DNA of 64,000 bases, from positions 480,001 through 544,000 of the forward strand of contig OY970061.1 of assembly GCA_963705255.1 (NCBI GenBank), written 5' to 3'. The position numbers and the translations under genes are program-made. The notes under the pieces are model-generated. The model saw nothing but the letters and a program-made list of their open reading frames with translations, did no database searches and was not told the DNA's origin. Shown piece after piece: positions 22,665-32,182 of this stretch (position 1 is its first letter; each line of letters opens with the position of its first letter). Source of the stretch: an uncultured Methanoregulaceae archaeon (GTDB lineage: Archaea > Halobacteriota > Methanomicrobia > Methanomicrobiales > Methanospirillaceae).

Positions 22665-23353
22665 GCGGGAGACGATACACGGACGACGAGCTTCTCCTGC
22701 TGTCGGGGATCCAGCACTTCCGGTTCTGCCGGCGGCAGTGGGCGCTTATTCATGTCGAACAGCAATGGGGCGAGAATCTCCGGACACAGGAAGGGCACTT
22801 CGTGCATGAGCGGGTCGACGATCCGTTCTTCAGTGAGAGCCGGGGGGATGTCGTCATCTCGCGGGCGTTCCCTATCGTCTCGTATTCGCTCGGGCTCACC
22901 GGTATCGCTGACATGATCGAGTACACCCGCTCCGATTCCGGTATTCCACTGTCCGGGCATGAAGGGCTGTGGCGGATGAAGCCGGTCGAGTACAAGCGGG
23001 GCAAGCCGAAGGTCGACGAACGCGACGAGGTCCAGCTCTGCGCACAGGTCATGTGCCTCGAAGAGATGTTCGGCATCGGGATCGATTCCGCGGATTTCTA
23101 TTATAACGAAATCCGTCGGAGGCTGCCGCTGAAGATCACCGACAAGCTTAGGAATCTCGTCGCCTCGCTCGCTGAAGAGATGCACGAAATTTTCCGGAAG
23201 GGGATCACGCCTTCGGCCGAGAAGTCGATCCACTGTTCACAGTGTTCACTCGTCGATGTTTGCGTCCCGAAACTGACGAAGAAACGCGTCTCTGTCCGGA
23301 GTTATATCGGGCGGCATGTAGGGGAAGCCTGCCTTATGGACGGGAAATCCTGA
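22661..23353 (+). CDS. cas4: Cas4
   Basis: FCRRQW, PVEYKRG, QLCAQ..CLEEM and C..CSL...C motifs. Confidence 0.95.
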   Translation: MSGRRYTDDELLLLSGIQHFRFCRRQWALIHVEQQWGENLRTQEGHFVHERVDDPFFSESRGDVVISRAFPIVSYSLGLTGIADMIEYTRSDSGIPLSGHEGLWRMKPVEYKRGKPKVDERDEVQLCAQVMCLEEMFGIGIDSADFYYNEIRRRLPLKITDKLRNLVASLAEEMHEIFRKGITPSAEKSIHCSQCSLVDVCVPKLTKKRVSVRSYIGRHVGEACLMDGKS

Positions 23354-23394
23354 GTCATTGATCCCTTCGGGAGATGGCGGGAGATTGCGATATC

Positions 23395-24426
23395 ATGAGA
23401 AAACTGCTGAACACCCTGTACGTCACAACCCCCGAGTCTTTCCTGCACCGGGACGGGGAGAACGTCATCATCAAAGTCGGCACCGAGGAGAGGTTCCGCA
23501 TTCCCATCCACAATCTCGAAGGGATCGTCTGTTTTGGATACATGGGCGCAAGCCCTGCCCTGATGCGCCTCTGCTCCGACAACAATGTCGGGCTCTCGTT
23601 CCTCACACCACACGGGAAATTTCTCGGCCGGGTCTGCGGGAGGGTCAGGGGCAACGTCCTGCTCCGGAGAACCCAGTACCGAATCGCCGATGATGCCCGG
23701 GTCTCTCTCGCGATATCGAAGAATTTCATCGCAGCAAAGATCGTCAACTGCCGGACAATCCTCGGGAGAGGCCTCCGGGATCACGGTGATGTGGTCCACT
23801 GTGATCGAATCCGGTCTGCCGATGCCCTGCTGATCGAAAATCTCCGAAAGATCGAGGACTGCCCGGATGCGGACTCGCTCCGGGGTATAGAAGGGAACTG
23901 CGCGAAGTTCTACTTCGACATATTCGATGAGCTGATCCTGAAACAGAAGAACAATTTCTTCCTCACCGACAGGAATCGCCGGCCACCCCGCGACAACATG
24001 AACGCATTGCTCTCGTTCTTCTACACGCTCCTCGCCCATGACGTCGAGTCAGCGCTCGAGACCGTGGGGCTCGATCCATACGTCGGATTCTTCCACACGG
24101 ACCGGCCGGGAAGGGCGGGCCTCGCGCTTGACATGATGGAAGAGCTCCGGCCGTTCATTGCCGACCGGCTTGCGCTCAATCTCGTGAACCTGCAACAGAT
24201 CTGCGGGGACGATTTTCTCAAAAAAGAAGGTGGTGGAATCATCCTGACTGAGAAGGGGCGGAAAGACGTGCTTGCCGCATGGCAGAAGAGGAAGCAGGAG
24301 GAGATCGTGCATCCATATCTCAACGAAAAGATCCAGATCGGGCTTATCCCGTACGCTCAGGCGATGCTGATGGCCCGGTTCCTGCGCGGGGATATTGACG
24401 GGTATCCGCCGTTCTTCATGAATTAG
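23395..24426 (+). CDS. cas1: Type I-C Cas1
   Basis: MRKLLNTLYVT, LRGIEG, RNRRPP.D..NALLSF and LALDMMEELR motifs. Confidence 0.96.
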   Translation: MRKLLNTLYVTTPESFLHRDGENVIIKVGTEERFRIPIHNLEGIVCFGYMGASPALMRLCSDNNVGLSFLTPHGKFLGRVCGRVRGNVLLRRTQYRIADDARVSLAISKNFIAAKIVNCRTILGRGLRDHGDVVHCDRIRSADALLIENLRKIEDCPDADSLRGIEGNCAKFYFDIFDELILKQKNNFFLTDRNRRPPRDNMNALLSFFYTLLAHDVESALETVGLDPYVGFFHTDRPGRAGLALDMMEELRPFIADRLALNLVNLQQICGDDFLKKEGGGIILTEKGRKDVLAAWQKRKQEEIVHPYLNEKIQIGLIPYAQAMLMARFLRGDIDGYPPFFMN

Positions 24427-24438
24427 GTGATTGCTGTG

Positions 24439-24725
24439 ATGGTCCTGGTTACGTATGATGTGAACACAGAAACGCCGGAGGGCGGAGACGGCTCCGGCAG
24501 GTTGCAAAGGAATGCGAAAATTTCGGTCAGCGTGTACAGAATTCCGTCTTCGAATGTCTCGTCGACCCGGTCCAGTTCGCAAAACTCCAGCACGCGCTGA
24601 AAGGGATCATGGATAAAGAGAAAGACAGCATCCGGTTCTATTATCTCGGCGACAACTGGCAGAATCGTGTCGAACACTGTGGAAGCGGGAAGGGATACGA
24701 TCCGGAAGGTTTATTGATCACGTGA
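24439..24725 (+). CDS. cas2: Cas2, -1 frameshift near 24481
   Basis: MVLVTYDV, then RRRLRQVAKECENFGQRVQNSVFEC...DSIRFYYLG after restoring one G. Confidence 0.9.
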
Positions 24726-24943
24726 TCGCGAACCGAAAGCTCCCATCGCCTTCCCAAGAGGTTCGCGGGGAAAGTGAAGAACATGTATTTCAATATTCTT
24801 CGGTCTTTCCCAATCTCGAAGAGATTTTATTGCAGAACCTTCGGGGATTTGATCTTTCCCGTTCCGCTCAGATTTTCCTGCGATTGAGGTTTGATGAATG
24901 GGTAGCCTTTAATTTTTGGTGAGCGATGATCTAAACATTTGCA
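24726..24943 (+). promoter_or_regulatory. CRISPR leader
   Basis: AT-rich stretch between cas2 and repeat 1, with inverted repeat CGCGAACC (24727) / GGTTCGCG (24760). Confidence 0.75.
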
Positions 24944-26886
24944 GTCACGCCCCTCGCGGGCGTGTGGATTGAAATGTCTTCATCGATGTCTGCATGTATA
25001 TGGATGGGAACGTCACGCCCCTCGCGGGCGTGTGGATTGAAATAAGTTCTTCGGCAGTCATGATGGGGACGTCACAAGTCACGCCCCTCGCGGGCGTGTG
25101 GATTGAAATACGCTTCTCCCCATCGGTGTGACCCCGACCCCGACGTCACGCCCCTCGCGGGCGTGTGGATTGAAATCCGAGGGGATCGCAAGGTTCCATC
25201 CAGTCAACCGTCACGCCCCTCGCGGGCGTGTGGATTGAAATTGGTCAAGACGGATTAATAAATCGTGGTCAGTGAGTCACGCCCCTCGCGGGCGTGTGGA
25301 TTGAAATCCAAACCAATTACCGTAATTTGAACCTCCAAAAAGTCACGCCCCTCGCGGGCGTGTGGATTGAAATTCGTGCGCAGATCATAATTTGTCTGAC
25401 CCATTAAGTCACGCCCCTCGCGGGCGTGTGGATTGAAATCTGGCTTCCGATGTCACGGGGGGCAGCTCGTCAAGTCACGCCCCTCGCGGGCGTGTGGATT
25501 GAAATTCATCCAATTATTATCTTCAGACACCGATCATTGGTCACGCCCCTCGCGGGCGTGTGGATTGAAATAATGCTGGTCAAGCGAACGGGACCAGACG
25601 GTGTGTCACGCCCCTCGCGGGCGTGTGGATTGAAATCGATCCTTGTAACTGCGATCATATGGCTCTATGTCACGCCCCTCGCGGGCGTGTGGATTGAAAT
25701 CACAGTGGCCATATCCGATCACATCGTGGCTCTGGGTCACGCCCCTCGCGGGCGTGTGGATTGAAATGTTTACCGGGCATATTGACTCGTTTAGTGTGCC
25801 GTGTCACGCCCCTCGCGGGCGTGTGGATTGAAATTCTTTTACATCCCGCCGAGATGCACGATGCGGAGCGGTCACGCCCCTCGCGGGCGTGTGGATTGAA
25901 ATTTGATGATCTTGATATATTCCGGGTTTAGTTCGGTCACGCCCCTCGCGGGCGTGTGGATTGAAATTTCCCCCACCTCCAGCGTGACCGTGCCGGAAGT
26001 GGTCACGCCCCTCGCGGGCGTGTGGATTGAAATCTTTCGCTACGGCTTTAGTAACGACTTTATTGAGTCACGCCCCTCGCGGGCGTGTGGATTGAAATCG
26101 ATCCTTGTAACTGCGATCATATGGCTCTATGAGTCACGCCCCTCGCGGGCGTGTGGATTGAAATGGCAGAGCCGGTCAAGACCATGGATGAGATCAGTCA
26201 CGCCCCTCGCGGGCGTGTGGATTGAAATTCATCCAATTATTATCTTCAGACACCGATCATTGACGTCACGCCCCTCGCGGGCGTGTGGATTGAAATAGGC
26301 TTCTTTGTTTCAGGGGCCTTGACAGGTTCCGTCACGCCCCTCGCGGGCGTGTGGATTGAAATCCTGAGCTCAGCCATCATTTCCTGCCGGATCTGGGTCA
26401 CGCCCCTCGCGGGCGTGTGGATTGAAATGGCGAGCTCGGGTCTCTTGTCGGGTCTGTGGTCGTCACGCCCCTCGCGGGCGTGTGGATTGAAATTTATACC
26501 CGGACACGTTCGTCCGATACCAGGAGGTCACGCCCCTCGCGGGCGTGTGGATTGAAATAAAATGGGGAAGGGGAAGAAATAAATGCCCTCATGTCACGCC
26601 CCTCGCGGGCGTGTGGATTGAAATTTGCTATCAAACGGTTTATGCCGGCACGAATGCAGTCACGCCCCTCGCGGGCGTGTGGATTGAAATATCCTAGTCG
26701 TTGAAATCGAAACCAAGACCGTAGTCACGCCCCTCGCGGGCGTGTGGATTGAAATTCGCCCCTGCAATAACCAATCATCAACAGAACTGTCACGCCCCTC
26801 GCGGGCGTGTGGATTGAAATTATATCTATAAAGAACTCCTGCCGATGTATGTCCGTCACGCCCCTCGCGGGCGTGTGGATTGAAAT
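24944..26886 (+). CRISPR. Type I-C CRISPR array, 30 repeats and 29 spacers (32-36 nt)
   Basis: 32-bp repeat GTCACGCCCCTCGCGGGCGTGTGGATTGAAAT. Confidence 0.99.
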
Positions 26887-27016
26887 ATGAAATCCTCCAC
26901 ATTTTTTCACGATCTAGTTGAACATCTACCGGCCTTTCGCGACCCCCCTCATATTGCATCTTTTTAATGCAGAAAAAGACACATAGTACATTTGGTCCAA
27001 AAAGGAGTAATAGGAT

Positions 27017-27292
27017 ATGCCAAAGAACACCACTCCACTTACCGAGAAAGTTCTCGTCTCCATCGATACAAAACAGGCGTTGATGTCCATCAGGGAGCCG
27101 GGGGAACGGTACGGGGATGTAATCGAACGGGTGCTTCAGGACCGGAAGCGTCATGACTTCCTCGCACACCTGGATAAGATCGCAGAGGAAGGGGAATTCG
27201 TCCCGCTCAACAGCGATCCCGAATACGCGGCACTGAAAAAAGAGAGGCGTCGTGAGAGTAAACATCGACAAGCGGGCGCTGCAGTACGTTAA
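27017..27292 (+). CDS. Putative antitoxin (RHH-like)
   Basis: TKQALMSIREPGERYGDVIERVL; overlaps the downstream RelE-like gene. Confidence 0.75.
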   Translation: MPKNTTPLTEKVLVSIDTKQALMSIREPGERYGDVIERVLQDRKRHDFLAHLDKIAEEGEFVPLNSDPEYAALKKERRRESKHRQAGAAVR

Positions 27293-27518
27293 CCGCCTGC
27301 CGGAGAAGGATCGCAGGATCGTCAAACAGCATCTGATGGAACTTGAAGATCCCTATACTGCCCCGGATGTGGAGCTGTTACAGAACGGTCACTGCCGGAT
27401 GCATATCGCTCATTCCTATACTGCGTTCTTCGATGTCCTGCCCGGGGGCATTGTCAACATTCTCGAAGTTATGACAATCGAGGAAGCGCATAAGCGGTAC
27501 AAGCGGTTCGGGGGGTAA
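27252..27518 (+). CDS. RelE/ParE family toxin
   Basis: 88 aa; LEDPY, RMHIAHSYTAFF and VMTIEEAHKRY motifs. Confidence 0.75.
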   Translation: MRVNIDKRALQYVNRLPEKDRRIVKQHLMELEDPYTAPDVELLQNGHCRMHIAHSYTAFFDVLPGGIVNILEVMTIEEAHKRYKRFGG

Positions 27519-27553
27519 TCGACCCTTTCGAGGTCCGCGAGACAGAGCCAATA

Positions 27554-27643
27554 AAGTTCCCCACACACGTGGGGATGAACCACTGTCTGTCTCGGCCCGG
27601 ATGAATACCGGCGCGAACTCCCTACACACACTGGGATGAATTA
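27554..27643 (+). CRISPR. Orphan type I-E-like mini-array (one good repeat, one degenerate repeat, 32-nt spacer)
   Basis: AAGTTCCCCACACACGTGGGGATGAACCA (29 nt) and GAACTCCCTACACACACTGGGATGAATTA (20/29 identical), 61-bp period. Confidence 0.7.
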
Positions 27644-27719
27644 TTTCACTGCAATCCTCCAGGCGAAACATCCGCGGGAATAGGGATTGATCCCGGGGAA
27701 GAAATGCGGGGGATGAGAA

Positions 27720-28004
27720 TTACAACCGCTTATACTTTTTATGGGCCTGCTCAATAGTCAGGATCTCGTTGACGTAGACGGTTTTACCCTCGATCTCATA
27801 ATATACCGTGAAAGTGTGGCCGATATGAAGACGATAAATTTTGACACCCTCCTGGAGATTCAGCAGTTCTTTGTCCCCGCCCTTTCCGGGGTACGGATCG
27901 GTTTCAAAAATCTTGAGATGTGCCTTGATGATCCTTCTGCTTTTAACGTCAAGAGATAGAAAAAATTCACGGGCATCGGTATCGATGCAAACAGAAAAAC
28001 TCAC
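27720..28004 (-). CDS. RelE/ParE family toxin
   Basis: DPYPGKGGDKE, YRLHIGHTFTVYY and ILTIEQAHKKY motifs. Confidence 0.8.
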   Translation of the reverse strand: MSFSVCIDTDAREFFLSLDVKSRRIIKAHLKIFETDPYPGKGGDKELLNLQEGVKIYRLHIGHTFTVYYEIEGKTVYVNEILTIEQAHKKYKRL

Positions 28005-28207
28005 GCTTCTAACTCCGAGAGCGAGACGTACTTATTTCGCTTTCTGATTCGCTTGGTCTCCTCGATCAGCAGGTTCTCTGAGTTTTTCCGGATAAGTTCA
28101 TTGATGACATCGTCATATGTCTGCCCGGGTTTCCTGAGCTGGTGAACTGTCTCCCATGTGCTTGGGCAAACGGGTATTCGCTTTGTTGCGCATTCCTGTG
28201 CAGTCAT
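28001..28207 (-). CDS. Putative antitoxin (RHH-like)
   Basis: ATKRIPV...RKPGQTYDDVINELI; stop overlaps the toxin start. Confidence 0.75.
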   Translation of the reverse strand: MTAQECATKRIPVCPSTWETVHQLRKPGQTYDDVINELIRKNSENLLIEETKRIRKRNKYVSLSELEA

Positions 28208-28406
28208 GACAAGATTGTTAGTATTGTAAATATTTACTGTTTCTGTGCCGGACACTGTCACCGGTGTGGCCACACCTGCTGACCGGGGATTCCCATGTTA
28301 AGAACCCGCCGGATAGCATTTTCATCAAAACCAATTGATCCATTTCCTCCGAAAGCGGTGCCACTCACTAATAATCATCTCGTATCGCACTCACCGGATC
28401 CTTTCC

Positions 28407-29117
28407 TTACCGGTCCCCGGCACTGATCAGCTGCTCGTCCACCACCGCGTGGACAAGGGGCGGGAGGTCTCCCCAGCGGACCGTCGTCCCGCCCATGATG
28501 GCGAGGACGCCCCCGACCTCCCCCGGATCGAGCAGGTCCAGGACCGTGCGGTCGTCGGACCGGATCCGGTTGCAGACCGCGGTGGCCCATGCGTCGGCAA
28601 GGGCAACATCGTGCGAAAAGATGGTCACGGCGTCGGCAATGCCGAACGAGATGGAAGGGCCTACCGTTGCCGAAGAGGTGCAGATGCCGAGGATCCGGTC
28701 CTGTGGCGGGACAACGAACGCGACCCGGTTGGAGAGTGCAGCCTCGCCCGCGTGGACCCCGACCCTCACCGGGCGGTCGCTCACGAGGGCGATGTCGCCG
28801 CCGTTGTCAATAACCCCGAACGGTGCCCCTGCGGCCTGCATAGCCTCGACGCCCGCCCATGCGATCGCCCCGGCAACGGCAGCCATCGGCCCCACTCCCG
28901 CCCTGCGGGCCGCACCTGCCATGCGGACGATGATCCGCTCGTCCGAATCCGGCGTGTAGGGATCGAAGGTGGCTGCAAAAAAAGGGTCGCGGGCGATATG
29001 CCGTTCGAGCGCCTGCCGCGCCCCGAGGATGCCCTCCTTTGCCGCGGCGATGTGGGCCGGGTCATCGGCGAGGATCGTGGCTATGGTCTCCCGGAAGCGG
29101 AACGGCTCCCGGATCAT
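28407..29117 (-). CDS. UPF0280/ApbE-like protein (COG2122, sulfide assimilation)
   Basis: VGPMAAVAGAIA, DNGGDIA, CTSSATVGPSISFG and ADAWAT motifs. Confidence 0.9.
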   Translation of the reverse strand: MIREPFRFRETIATILADDPAHIAAAKEGILGARQALERHIARDPFFAATFDPYTPDSDERIIVRMAGAARRAGVGPMAAVAGAIAWAGVEAMQAAGAPFGVIDNGGDIALVSDRPVRVGVHAGEAALSNRVAFVVPPQDRILGICTSSATVGPSISFGIADAVTIFSHDVALADAWATAVCNRIRSDDRTVLDLLDPGEVGGVLAIMGGTTVRWGDLPPLVHAVVDEQLISAGDR

Positions 29118-29500
29118 AGCGGCAGGGAGAGCGCCCGGTGCGGGCACGCGTCCACGCACTTGCCGCAGAGGATACACCGCTCCTCGGCAAGGACCATCTT
29201 CCAGTCCGGGTCGAACGAGAAGACTTCCCGGGGGCAGACACTGATACAGGCACCGCAGTCCACGCACTCGCTCTCGTTCTTGTTGATGCCGTGCTCGAGG
29301 ATGCGGACCTGGGCGCCAAGACTGGTCATGGAGTCCCGGACCAGCCTGCACTGGTCGTCCGGCACATCGATCAGTGCCTCTCCCTCGGACGAATCGATCA
29401 CCGCACGCTCGACATTGATCAGGACACCGGTATCGCGGACTACCTGCGCGATGATCGGCTTCCTCCCCTTTCCCCGCGAGAAGTTGACGAGGAGTTTCAT
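29114..29500 (-). CDS. NIL domain + 2x[4Fe-4S] ferredoxin (MA1822-like)
   Basis: Two CxxCxxCxxxCP motifs after a NIL-like domain. Confidence 0.9.
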   Translation of the reverse strand: MKLLVNFSRGKGRKPIIAQVVRDTGVLINVERAVIDSSEGEALIDVPDDQCRLVRDSMTSLGAQVRILEHGINKNESECVDCGACISVCPREVFSFDPDWKMVLAEERCILCGKCVDACPHRALSLPL

Positions 29501-31004
29501 TTCAGCCACCTCCCGCCGAGCAGTTTCCCGAGGTCCATTGCCGTCAGGAGGGCCACCACCCGGTGCTGCGGGTCGACCACCGGTAACGCGCTGATATTGT
29601 TCTGTTCCAGTTTCCTGATGGCAATATCCACCGATTCATCCGGGGTCGTCGTGATCACCTTGGTCTTCATGATATCCTTCACAAGATGTGCCTTGCCGGG
29701 GTTTGCCACGGCCTTGGAGACATCGAATGTCGTGACGATCCCGACCAGGGCCTGGTCGCCGTTCACCACCGGCAGGTGGTTGGTCTCTCCCCTGAGGAGT
29801 TTCTTTGCCGCAGTCCTGATCTCCTCGGTCTCCCCGATGGTGATCACGCTCTTGTCCATGATGTCCAGCACCCTCGGTCCCTTGGCGGACTGGTGCATCG
29901 GCCGTGCCACCTTTGCCGGGTCGATCATTCTCGTCGGCAGCGAGAGCTGCATGGTGCCTTTCTCCACCCACTTCTTCAGCTCGAGCGCGACCTGACGGGC
30001 CCTGCGGAAACTCGAGAGCGAGGAGGTCCGCACCTCCTCGCCATTGAGCTCCACGGTCCCGCTGCGGAGCTCCGCGTAGGTGACCTTCCTCATGACCGGG
30101 CGGTTCCGGCTCGGGACCCCGTAATCGAGGATATCGACGCTGATATCCTCATCGCCGACCGCGGTGGCACGGACAACGTCGATGTCGAGCACCGGGAGCG
30201 GCACACCGAGGCCGACATAGAGCGTCACCCCGTAGCCTGTCATGGTCGCGGCCCTCAGGAAGTCCTGGGACATCCGCTTGAGGTCGCCGGTGACCATCAG
30301 GGTGCCGAACCCCGCCGGGGAGTGCTGGGTGCCCTCCCCCACGACCATCCCCGGGGCCCCGCACAGGAAGATCGGGACGCCGCCGCCGATCAGCCTGAGC
30401 TTCGGGTCGTTCGAGAGCGGGTTTAAGAGGCCGGCACCCGAGTAGGTGATATTGGTGCACCCGGGAAGAAGGGTTCCCATGTAGGGTACTGAGCGTCCGA
30501 TCCGTCGTATTCGTTGCCGCATTGTAGCGCTGGTAGGCATTGCGCGGGTTGCACATGATCGCCTGGTTGAGGTTCTCCAGTACCGAGCTCCGTTGTGATC
30601 GTCCGCCTCGGGTAGCAGTCCGTCCCCCGTGAACTCGCGCGCAGTTCCACCGATTTCCCGGCAACAAGATCCTCTAACACGTGGGCCCCTCCGTACTCTT
30701 CCTCCAGGGTATCGGACTGCTGGGTTGCGCCGATGTAGGTATCCACCGCTGCCAGCCCGCCATAGGCCTCGACGTTGTTGAGCCAGATCCGCTCCATCCG
30801 TATCGGGGGTTCGGCATGCCCGAAGTTGATGAACGCGCCCGAGGAGCACATAGCCCCGAACGTACCGGTCGTGACAACGTCGACTTCCTTCAGTGCGCCC
30901 TCTTCCCCGAGTTCGGCAACGATCGCGGGCATCTCCTCCGCAGTCACCACGCGTGCGCTCCCGTCCCGGATGCGTTCATTGATCTGGCTGATGGACTTCT
31001 GCAT
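29497..31004 (-). CDS. DUF39-CBS homocysteine biosynthesis protein (MA1821-like), two +1 frameshifts near 30585 and 30485
   Basis: VDVVTTGTFGAMCSSGA, GTDCYPR, NPRNAYQ and YMGTLLP motifs; C-terminal CBS pair; three ORF pieces join into 501 aa. Confidence 0.9.
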
Positions 31005-31094
31005 GTTTTGGGATATGTTTTCATGAATATTAAAAGTAATTGCTATTACCTCAAGTAATAAATGCTATTTAATCCCCGGCGTCCATGATCCTGT

Positions 31095-31802
31095 ATGCAT
31101 GTTCGTACCTTCATCGAGGGGATGGAACGGCTTGCCCCCCCGGAACTCGCGGAGGAGTTCGATGCCGGGAAGATCGGCCTGGTTGTTGAGGGAATGACGG
31201 AGATCGCAAACGTCTTCTGCGCACTGGACGCGACACCGTTCGTAGTGAAACAGGCGGTTGCCGGCGAAGCTGATATGCTGGTGGTCCACCATACCCCCCT
31301 CTGGACGCCGGTCACGGCCATGACCGGGCGGACGGCCCTCCTGATGCGCGACCTCCTCTCATCCGGCATGAACCTCTATGTCATGCACACCAACTTTGAC
31401 CGGGCAGACGGTGGCGTCAACGACGCACTTGCCGGACTGCTCTCCCTTGGTGATTGTATTCCTATGTCCCTTGGAAAAGTCGGCAGCTGCACCATCCCCC
31501 TCCGGGAGATCTCCCGCAGGCTCGGGGGAAACCTCCGGGTCTGGGGAAAGATCCCGGAGATCAGAAAACTTGCCATCGTCGCGGGAAGCGGGTTTGACTT
31601 ATCGCTGCTGGAAGAGGCAGCAGATCTCAGTGCCGATGCTTTCCTATCGGCGGAGATGAAGCACTCGGTGGCGCGGTCGGCCCCGCTCCCCTGCATCGAA
31701 GCCAGCCATTACGCGCTCGAAGCCCCGGCCATGCGACAGCTTGCGCTCCGGCAGGGCTGGGATTATATTGACGATCCCCCGCTCTTCCAGACCGTCCCAT
31801 GA
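31095..31802 (+). CDS. Nif3/YbgI-like dinuclear metal protein
   Basis: ALDAT, VVHHTP, HTNFD...GGVND and SHYALE motifs. Confidence 0.9.
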   Translation: MHVRTFIEGMERLAPPELAEEFDAGKIGLVVEGMTEIANVFCALDATPFVVKQAVAGEADMLVVHHTPLWTPVTAMTGRTALLMRDLLSSGMNLYVMHTNFDRADGGVNDALAGLLSLGDCIPMSLGKVGSCTIPLREISRRLGGNLRVWGKIPEIRKLAIVAGSGFDLSLLEEAADLSADAFLSAEMKHSVARSAPLPCIEASHYALEAPAMRQLALRQGWDYIDDPPLFQTVP

Positions 31803-32140
31803 GCGGGGTCTGGCAGCACCTTTCCGAAAGAAAGGTGCTCGATTCCGCCATGCGGGAGGAGATCGAAGCGGTATTCGGCAGCCGCGGGAAGAAGGCACTG
31901 GCGGCGATCGATGGAGCAAAGATCAAAAAGTACCTTGATTTTTTTGTTGTCGAAGGAAAGACTGCCCGCTACATCGTAGACGAGGACTTCTGCACGTGCG
32001 GGGACTTCATGTACCGGGGCAGGACCTGCTGGCACCTGCTCGCTGTCAGGATAGCGGAGATCACCGGCACTTTCGAAACCGTAGATAGCTGGTACCAGGA
32101 CCAGCTGAAAAATACCTGCGAGCCTGCGAGCAAAACCTAG
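31799..32140 (+). CDS. SWIM zinc-finger protein
   Basis: CTC.D......CWH motif. Confidence 0.85.
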   Translation: MSGVWQHLSERKVLDSAMREEIEAVFGSRGKKALAAIDGAKIKKYLDFFVVEGKTARYIVDEDFCTCGDFMYRGRTCWHLLAVRIAEITGTFETVDSWYQDQLKNTCEPASKT

Positions 32141-32182
32141 ATTAGCGTTCGGCATCAACAGTACAGACGATACGTGTTACTT

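Noticed and set aside
24976-26854. Self-targeting spacers within the window
   Set aside because: No match was noticed by eye; this was not tested computationally or genome-wide.
25426-27325. ORFs overlapping the CRISPR array
   Set aside because: They are translations of the repeats (VTPLAGVWIEI, ISIHTPARGVT).
27676-27706. Third I-E-like repeat (…CCCGGGGAAGAAATG)
   Set aside because: It is off-period by 2 nt and its 5' half is unrelated; it is more likely a terminator-region hairpin.
28407-31004. DUF39-CBS / NIL-ferredoxin / UPF0280 cluster as a novel system
   Set aside because: It matches the already described methanogen homocysteine and sulfide-assimilation genes.
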